Below are positions 32,835 through 40,098 of a stretch of 40,098 bases of DNA, in pieces (the first letter of the stretch is position 1; the number at the start of each line of letters is the position of its first letter). The translations under genes and the position numbers were made by a program. Source of the stretch: Thermoleophilaceae bacterium. Its GTDB lineage: Bacteria; Actinomycetota; Thermoleophilia; Solirubrobacterales; Thermoleophilaceae. The notes beneath the pieces were generated by a model, which was given only the letters and a program-made list of their open reading frames with translations, ran no database searches and had not been told where the DNA came from. Location: positions 1 to 40,098 of the forward strand of contig JBPCJI010000080.1 of the NCBI GenBank assembly GCA_051005475.1, in the 5' to 3' direction.

Positions 32835-33814
32835 GCGTACCGCTCGACCATCCCGTCGGCCAGCAGGTCGAGCGCTCTGCGCCGGTGATCCGCCAGCTCC
32901 ACCCCGCCTAGTGCGGCCTTGGCGACGGCGACGTGGTGCAGGGCCTGCTCACGCGCCATGCCCAGCGCGCCCGTGATGGCGATGCGGTCGCAGACAGCTT
33001 CCGCCTGCGTGGGCTCGGAGACCAGCTCGCGCAGATCCATCGCCGCCAACTCGGGATCACGGCGGCGGGCGATGATCAGGGGAAGCGTGACCGTTCCATC
33101 CAGCAGATCGGTACCCCGGTGCTTGCCCGTCCGCTCGTGCGGACCGGACACGTCGAGGACGTCGTCGAGGATCTGGAAGGCCAGGCCGATGCGCAGGCCG
33201 AAGCCGGCCAGGGCGGCGGTCGAGCCGGCGTCGACATCACCCAGTAGCGCGCCCAGCCGGCAGGCGGACGAGAAGAGACTGGCCGTCTTCAGCTCGCAGC
33301 GCTCGAGGTAACGCTCGGGGGTCACCGAGTCCGACCACGCGTCGGCACGCTGTATGAGCTCCCCCCGCGCGAGGGCCGAGGACGCAGCCGACAGCGCGCT
33401 CACCGCCTCCTGACTGCCTGTGGATGCCAGCTCGGCAAAGGCCCGCGAGAACAGGAGATCGCCGGTGGCGGTGGCGGCCGCCCGGCCGCCGGTGGCAAAG
33501 ACGGTCGGCCGGCCGCGGCGAAGCCCTGCCTGGTCAAGCACGTCGTCGTGCACGAGGGTCGCCATGTGCAACAGCTCCACCGCCACCGCGGCGGCCGTGA
33601 GCGCCGTGCCCTCCCCGCCGCAGAGGAAGACGAGCACGGGCCGCAGCCGCTTGCCTCCCGCCGTCAGCGTGCCCGCCGCGTGGCGGCCGAGCTCGGCGCC
33701 ATGGCTCTCCGCGACCTCCCCCAGGCGCGTCTCGGTCCGGTGGAGCTGGCGCGAGAGCTCGGGGCCCCCGGCCTCCAGGACCTCCACGAGCTGCGCGGCG
33801 GCGGCCGGGCTCAC
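32831..33814 (-). CDS. Long-chain trans-polyprenyl diphosphate synthase (HepT/IspB-like)
   Basis: It has both Asp-rich motifs, LHMATLVHDDVLDQAGLRRGRPT and AFQILDDVLD. I set the start at GTG 33814, which overlaps the menG stop (GTGA). The tracked ATG 34036 lies inside menG. Confidence 0.9.
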   Translation of the reverse strand: MSPAAAAQLVEVLEAGGPELSRQLHRTETRLGEVAESHGAELGRHAAGTLTAGGKRLRPVLVFLCGGEGTALTAAAVAVELLHMATLVHDDVLDQAGLRRGRPTVFATGGRAAATATGDLLFSRAFAELASTGSQEAVSALSAASSALARGELIQRADAWSDSVTPERYLERCELKTASLFSSACRLGALLGDVDAGSTAALAGFGLRIGLAFQILDDVLDVSGPHERTGKHRGTDLLDGTVTLPLIIARRRDPELAAMDLRELVSEPTQAEAVCDRIAITGALGMAREQALHHVAVAKAALGGVELADHRRRALDLLADGMVERYA

Positions 33815-34527
33815 GCCGCTGAGCCGGGGACCGTGCCGGCGTGGATGGCGATGATCCCGCCGGCGGTGAGGATCCAGCGCACGTTCACCAGTCCGGTGGC
33901 GGCGAGCTCGGCGGCAAGCTCGGCCGGGGCGGGGAAACGGCGTACGGAGCTTGGCAGGTATGTGTAGGCGTCGGGGTCGCCGGCGAGCCGCCCGAGCGCC
34001 GGTATGACGGTGTCGAACCACAGGCGGAAGAACCAAGAGAGCGGCGGCTGTTGCGGGGTGGTGATCTCGAGCACCACGACGCGTCCCCCCGGACGGGTGA
34101 CCCGAGCCATCTCGGCCAACCCGGTTCGCAGGTCTGAGAAGTTGCGCGCTCCGAAGCCGACCGTCGCGGCGGCAAACTCTCCGTCGGCATATGGGAGGTC
34201 GAGGGCGTTGCCGGTCTCAAAGCACAGCTCGGGGGCCTTCGCGCGGGCGATCTCCAACATGCTCTCGGAGAAGTCGAGCCCGACGACCGTCCCGCCCGAC
34301 CCGACTCGCCGGCCGAGCTCGCGTGCGAGGCCACCGGTACCGGTGGCCACGTCGAGTGCCCGGTCACCCGGCCTCACGGCCGCGAGGTCCACTGCGCGCT
34401 CGCGCCAGCGAGCGTCCATTCCCGCCGTCATGACGGAGTTCATGCGGTCGTAGACGCCCGCGATCCGGTCGAACATCGCGCGCACCTGGGTCTCCGGCAG
34501 CGTCCCGCTACCGGCAGCGTCGCTCAC
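33811..34527 (-). CDS. menG: Demethylmenaquinone methyltransferase (UbiE/MenG family)
   Basis: 238 aa. FDRIAGVYDRMNSVMTAGMDARWR is followed by the SAM motif LDVATGTGGLA and then VVVLEITTP. Confidence 0.92.
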   Translation of the reverse strand: MSDAAGSGTLPETQVRAMFDRIAGVYDRMNSVMTAGMDARWRERAVDLAAVRPGDRALDVATGTGGLARELGRRVGSGGTVVGLDFSESMLEIARAKAPELCFETGNALDLPYADGEFAAATVGFGARNFSDLRTGLAEMARVTRPGGRVVVLEITTPQQPPLSWFFRLWFDTVIPALGRLAGDPDAYTYLPSSVRRFPAPAELAAELAATGLVNVRWILTAGGIIAIHAGTVPGSAA

Positions 34528-34561
34528 GGCAGGCCTACTCCTGACGGGTCCCCTGCCCGCC

Positions 34562-35278
34562 CTACTCCACCTTCTTGAGGGATGCGACGAAGCTCACGAG
34601 CTCGTCGAACTGCTCGGGGTTCTGCTCCTTGATATCCCGGAAGGTGGGCATCGGCGCCGTGGGGTTCACGAGCGTGCGCGCGATCGCGTCGCGCCCCAGG
34701 CGGTCGCCCACCTCGGTGAGGTTCGGGGCGAGCGTGCCCCCGTTCTCCCCGATCTTGTGGCAGGCGAGGCAGCCGGACGCCGCGACCACTTCGGCGCCCG
34801 GCTTGTACTGTGCCGCGACCGGGAGGTCGATCTCGCTCGGCGGGCCCGTAATCGCGCCGACGATGCTGAGGTAGGCCATCGCCACGACTGTGGCGATGGC
34901 GCCGATCACCGCTATCGGACGCTTGAGCGGGTGGCGCTCGGGACTGCGGTCGTAGAAGGGCAGCAGGAGGAGGAGGAGGAGGCAGATCGTCGGGATGCCC
35001 AGGGTGGCCATGAACACCAGCGCCGGTGGCTTGACGACGCGCAGCAGCTCGAAGAGGAAGAAGAAGTACCACTCGGGCCGGGGCGCGTAGGTGGTGGTCG
35101 TGGGGTCGGCCTTGGGACCGAGCTCGGCGCCGAACAGGATCGCCATCGTGATGATCACCCCAAGCGTGATCGCCGCCATCGCGCCGTCCTTGCCGACCGC
35201 GTAGGGGAAGAACGGCTTGCCCTGTCCCTTCAGGATCGAGTACTCCCGGAGGTACTGCTCCTTCTCCCGGGCGTTCAC
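34562..35278 (-). CDS. qcrC: Menaquinol:cytochrome c reductase subunit IV fused to mono-heme cytochrome c (Bacillus-type QcrC)
   Basis: 238 aa. The subunit-IV part carries the Qo-site PEWY motif (RPEWYFFFLFELLR) and three TM helices. The C-terminal domain has a single CxxCH (CLACH). Confidence 0.85.
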   Translation of the reverse strand: MNAREKEQYLREYSILKGQGKPFFPYAVGKDGAMAAITLGVIITMAILFGAELGPKADPTTTTYAPRPEWYFFFLFELLRVVKPPALVFMATLGIPTICLLLLLLLPFYDRSPERHPLKRPIAVIGAIATVVAMAYLSIVGAITGPPSEIDLPVAAQYKPGAEVVAASGCLACHKIGENGGTLAPNLTEVGDRLGRDAIARTLVNPTAPMPTFRDIKEQNPEQFDELVSFVASLKKVE

Positions 35279-35281
35279 GGG

Positions 35282-36145
35282 TCAGATGCCTTCCTTGTGG
35301 GAGGCCTTCTTGTCGGCCTTCAGCCACGGCGGGGCGGTGGTGCCGAGCTTGGCCACCAGGTAGAGTTGAGCGCCGATCAGGGCGGCGATGAGGCCGGGGA
35401 CCACCAGCATGTGCAGGGAATAGAAGCGAGCGAGGCTGGCCGCGCCGAACTCCCCCCCGCCGCGCATGAAGTCGGCCATGTACGGGCCGATGATCGGCGC
35501 CGACGCAATCAGGTTGGTGGCCACGGTGGTGGCCCAGAACGAGCGCTGGTCGAACGGGAGCAGGTAGCCGGTGAGCCCCATGACGAGCGACAGCACCATC
35601 AGCACGACGCCGACGATCCACTGGATCTCGCGCGGATACTTGTACGCGCCGAAGAGGAACGTCCTGGCCATGTGCAGGAAGACCAGGACGATCATCACCG
35701 TCGAGCCCCACTTGTGCATGCCGCGCACCAACTCGCCGAGGAACACCTCGTTGGTGATGTGGGAGGCCGACTCGTAGGCGCGCGAGGTGTCCGGCTCGTA
35801 GTACATGGCCAGGAAGACGCCCGTGACGGCCTGCGAGACGAACGCGAACAGCGTGGCCGAGCCGAGCGTGTAGAACCAGTTGGTCCCCTTGGGCACCTTG
35901 CGGAAGAACTGCGCGCGCACGATCGGGCTGATGCCGCTGCGCTCGTCGAGCCAGCCGACGACGTTGGCGGTGCCCTCGGCGGCGCTCTCGCGCGCCTCGG
36001 CGGCCCTGCCCGGCCGGCCGCCGTTGTCTCCGGCCGCTCCGTCCTCTTCGGCCGCGCCGTCGTCTCCGGCCGCGGCGGCGTCCTCGTGCGTCCGGGGCGC
36101 GGCCGGGCGGAGCCACTTCGGAAGTGGCGGCGTGAGCTTGCTCAC
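35282..36145 (-). CDS. qcrB: Cytochrome b6-type subunit of menaquinol:cytochrome c reductase (QcrB)
   Basis: 287 aa. After an Ala/Gly/Asp-rich extension of about 55 aa, it aligns by eye along its length with cytochrome b6 (VRGMHKWGSTVMIVLVFLHMARTF, GYLLPFDQRSFWATTV, RFYSLHMLVVP). One heme-ligand position is atypical (see findings). Confidence 0.9.
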   Translation of the reverse strand: MSKLTPPLPKWLRPAAPRTHEDAAAAGDDGAAEEDGAAGDNGGRPGRAAEARESAAEGTANVVGWLDERSGISPIVRAQFFRKVPKGTNWFYTLGSATLFAFVSQAVTGVFLAMYYEPDTSRAYESASHITNEVFLGELVRGMHKWGSTVMIVLVFLHMARTFLFGAYKYPREIQWIVGVVLMVLSLVMGLTGYLLPFDQRSFWATTVATNLIASAPIIGPYMADFMRGGGEFGAASLARFYSLHMLVVPGLIAALIGAQLYLVAKLGTTAPPWLKADKKASHKEGI

Positions 36146-36807
36146 GTGCTGGGCCTCGAGGGATACAGGTACTGCCAGGGGCCGTCGAGGTGGTTCGAGG
36201 GGTCGCGTGGCGAGAAGCGGCGGAGCTCCGAGTTGAGCGAGAAGCGCTCTCCCACCTGGACCCGGCCACTGCTAACACGGGTGTAGAAGCGGTCCAGCGG
36301 GCGCACCGGTGGGCCGCCCGCGACCTTGCCCTCGAACTCGTAGATGCCGCCGTGGCAGGGGCAGACAAATTGCTTCTGGACCTGGATGTAGCGCACGGGA
36401 CAGCCGAGGTGCGCGCAGCGGTTGGAGATGGCCACGTAGGGCAGGTCGGAGTTGCGCTTGTCGTCGCTGCTGGGGTCGAACTTGCGAATGTAGACGGTGT
36501 GCTTCCCCGCCTCCCCGGCATCGGCGACGATGTTCATGACCTTCGGGACGTAGGTGCTGACGCTGAACTCGCCCTCGGGGCCCATGTCCTGCCACCGGTC
36601 GAGCGTGCCGTCCTCGAACTGGGGCCCGAGGGCGAAGCCGAGCGCGGGAAGCCCGAAGGCGGCAGTTGCCACGCCACCGATGGCCATCGCGGTGCCGGTC
36701 ATGAACTTGCGCCTCGTGACGGTCTCCCCCTCGAACGCGCCCGGCGCGCCCTCGTCGAGCGTGTAGCGGGGCTTGGGCTTGGAGGGGTCGGGGGGCTGGT
36801 TTGACAC
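36142..36807 (-). CDS. qcrA: Rieske 2Fe-2S subunit of menaquinol:cytochrome c reductase (QcrA)
   Basis: 221 aa with a GTG start. A Tat-type signal is present (TRRKFMTGTAMAIGG). The Rieske boxes are CAHLGCP and CPCHGG. The stop overlaps the qcrB start by 4 nt. Confidence 0.9.
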   Translation of the reverse strand: MSNQPPDPSKPKPRYTLDEGAPGAFEGETVTRRKFMTGTAMAIGGVATAAFGLPALGFALGPQFEDGTLDRWQDMGPEGEFSVSTYVPKVMNIVADAGEAGKHTVYIRKFDPSSDDKRNSDLPYVAISNRCAHLGCPVRYIQVQKQFVCPCHGGIYEFEGKVAGGPPVRPLDRFYTRVSSGRVQVGERFSLNSELRRFSPRDPSNHLDGPWQYLYPSRPST

Positions 36808-36905
36808 GGGAGAGCTAGCCAGGGTACGTCATGTATTCAACGTCGCGGGAAGGATAGAGTCAACTTGGCTACGGGCGTCACAAGGGGTGGTGCGATCGTC
36901 CCCTC

Positions 36906-37343
36906 TCACGGGCCCGCAGCGGGGCTGCGGGGAACGCGCCAGGCCGCACGTGCTCCCGCTCCACCCTCCTCGGACAGAGCACGCGCGGTGGCGAGCCAGA
37001 GCGTCTCCGCCAGCTCGGGAGAACCCTCGGCGTGGGCCCGCGCCGTGAGCGAGATCAGGTCCGACAGCTCGCAGATCGCGGCGATGTCCCCACGGTCCGC
37101 GAGACGCGCCAGGCCGAGAGCGTAGAGAGCGTCACCGGCCAGCAGGCACAGGTCGGGGTCCATCCCGGTGAACGCCCGCGGCCGCCCGTAATGCATCAGG
37201 TAGCCCTCGTAGACCGCCTCCAGGACGAACAGCCGGTCGGGGTCCTCCACCAGCGCCGCGAAGCGGTCTGGGCCGGGATCGCGAGCGGCGTGGCGCGCGA
37301 GGGAGGGCTCGAGGGCCTCGACCACCTGGGCCAGGGCGCTCAC
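36906..37343 (-). CDS. Hypothetical 145-aa protein
   Basis: GTG start with GAGGG 6 nt upstream. GC3 is high throughout. It lies between hemL and qcrA. It contains LCLLAGDALYALGLARLA, reminiscent of a polyprenyl-synthase helix, but has no DDxxD motif. Confidence 0.65.
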   Translation of the reverse strand: MSALAQVVEALEPSLARHAARDPGPDRFAALVEDPDRLFVLEAVYEGYLMHYGRPRAFTGMDPDLCLLAGDALYALGLARLADRGDIAAICELSDLISLTARAHAEGSPELAETLWLATARALSEEGGAGARAAWRVPRSPAAGP

Positions 37344-37365
37344 AGGGAGCCCTCGGCGAGCCTGT

Positions 37366-38654
37366 TCACGGGCCTACCTCGGTGAGCGCATCACGGGCCG
37401 CGGCGACGGTGCGCTCCACGTGCTCGTCGGCGTGCGCGAGGGAGGGAAACCAGGCCTCATACTGCGAGGGCGGCAGGTAGAAGCCGCGCGCGAGCATCGC
37501 CCGGCAGAAGGCGGCGTGGAGATCGAGGTCGCACGCCCTGACGTCCTCGTAGGACGCCACCGGCCCCTCGCGGAAGAACAGCGTCAGCAGGCCGGTCGTC
37601 CACGCCACGTGCGCAGCCGTGCCGGCGTCCCTCGCCGCATCCCGCAGGCCCTCCGCGAGTGTCCGCGAGAGGGCGGTGAGACGGTCGTAGGCCGCGGCGT
37701 CGAGCAGCTCCAGGGTGGCCAGCCCGGCCGCGGTGGCGAGCGGGTTCCCCGCGAGGGTGCCGGCCTGGTAGATCGCGCCGGCCGGCGCGATCAGGTTCAT
37801 CAGCTCCGGGGGCCCGGCATAGGCCGCGGCGGGGAGGCCGCCGCCGATCACCTTCCCGAGCACCGTGAGGTCCGGCGTCACGGCCGCGCGTTCCTGGGCG
37901 CCCCCGCGGGAGACCCGAAAGCCCGAGATCACCTCATCGAAGACGAGCAGGGCGCCCGTGCGATCGGCCTCCCGGCGCAGGAAGGAGAGGAACCCCTCCG
38001 CGGGGGCCACGAGGCCCATGTTGGCCGGGTAGGGCTCGGCGAGGATCGCCGCCACCTCGTGCTCTGCCAGCACGCCCTCGACCGCCTCGCGGTCGTTCCA
38101 GGGAACGACGAGGGTTGCCGCGGCCTGCGCTGCGGGCACTCCCGGAGAGGCCGGGACGCCGGCCGTCGCCAGTCCCGACCCCGCCTCCGCCAGCAGCCCG
38201 TCCGCGTGCCCGTGATATGCGCCGGCGAACTTGAGCAGCTTCTCGCGGCCCGTGGCCGCCCGCGCCAGCCGGATCGCGCTCATCGCCGCCTCGGTGCCCG
38301 AGCTGACGAGCCGGACCATCCCGGCGCTCGGAACGCGGTCCACGACCTCGGCGGCGAGATCGACCTCCGCCTGCGTCGGCGCGCCGAAGCTGGTTCCGCG
38401 CGCGGCGGCGGCCGTGACCGCCTCGATCACGGCGGGGTGGGCGTGGCCTGCGATCAGCGGGCCCCAGGAGCACACCCAGTCCACGTAGCGGTTGCCATCG
38501 ACGTCCACCAGCTCCGCGCCGCTGCCCTCGGTCACGAAGATCGGGTCGCGCCCGATCGCGCCCATCGCGCGGACCGGCGAGTTCACGCCGCCGGGCAGGA
38601 GCTGGAGCGCTCGGGCGTAGAGCTCCTGCGAGCGGGCCCATGAAGGGCCCGCGC

Positions 38655-38658
<4 letters not shown>
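37366..38658 (-). CDS. hemL: Glutamate-1-semialdehyde 2,1-aminomutase
   Basis: I set the start at GTG 38658, overlapping the upstream stop (GTGA). The tracked ATG 38796 lies inside the upstream gene. Motifs are LLPGGVNSPVRA, DVDGNRYVDWVCSWGPLI, VFDEVISGFR and LGKVIGGGLP. Confidence 0.93.

Positions 38659-40098
<1,440 letters not shown>

Noticed and set aside
36835-36863. A sigma-70-like promoter for qcrA: TTGACT (36863..36858, minus strand), a 17-nt spacer, then TTGAAT (36840..36835).
   Set aside because: The -35 is good but the putative -10 lacks the conserved A at position 2. I could not find a better hexamer. It is recorded as a possibility and not called as a feature.

Overview
This is a very GC-rich, gene-dense chromosomal core segment. 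I found no rRNA genes, CRISPR array, transposase or integrase. I call about 46 CDS (two run off the window edges, three are low-confidence small ORFs), one tRNA-Lys(CTT), a few short tandem repeats and some candidate regulatory sites. The synteny is actinobacterial (rpsF-ssb-rplI-dnaB, purA, an MprA/MprB/PepD-like module). Several traits suggest a deep-branching lineage (Rubrobacteria/Thermoleophilia-like, inferred only): a TreT-type trehalose synthase, a Firmicute-style split cytochrome b6c complex (qcrABC) and a fused siroheme decarboxylase. Left to right: a CPBP protease, a HAD hydrolase and a PIG-V-like mannosyltransferase (minus strand); MscS; class A PBP; a flippase-like membrane protein; thiL; a small FlgM-like ORF; and a pseudo-M28 membrane protein. 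A co-directional plus-strand stress block follows (response regulator, histidine kinase, HtrA lipoprotein, short RsbW-like protein, TreT, OtsA). Next come rpsF, an FkbM methyltransferase, ssb, rplI, dnaB, a DnaC/DnaI-like ATPase and purA. A minus-strand nucleotide-sugar operon follows (wecB-like epimerase, UDP-sugar dehydrogenase, Gfo/Idh/MocA oxidoreductase, LbH acetyltransferase, membrane protein, RDD protein). After it lie a class IV aminotransferase, tRNA-Lys, a STAS protein, tatA/tatC and dcd. The window ends with a long minus-strand respiratory block (hemB, fused ahbA/B, hemL, a 145-aa ORF, qcrA, qcrB, qcrC, menG, polyprenyl synthase). The leads most worth a second look are: (1) a short RsbW/SpoIIAB homologue lacking the kinase N-box Asn and the G-boxes, translationally coupled to TreT and OtsA; (2) a DnaC/DnaI-type AAA+ loader with a four-Cys N-terminus coupled to dnaB by a TGATG overlap; (3) cytochrome b6 with Gln (rare CAA codon) where the fourth universally conserved heme-ligand His should be; (4) a fused siroheme decarboxylase between hemB and hemL; (5) rpsR missing from the rpsF-ssb-rplI cluster, with an FkbM methyltransferase inserted and a hairpin over the rplI Shine-Dalgarno (SD) sequence; (6) a tandem 56-bp hairpin-bearing element plus a small SD-preceded ORF upstream of wecB. 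All function calls rest on motif recognition by eye. No database search was run.
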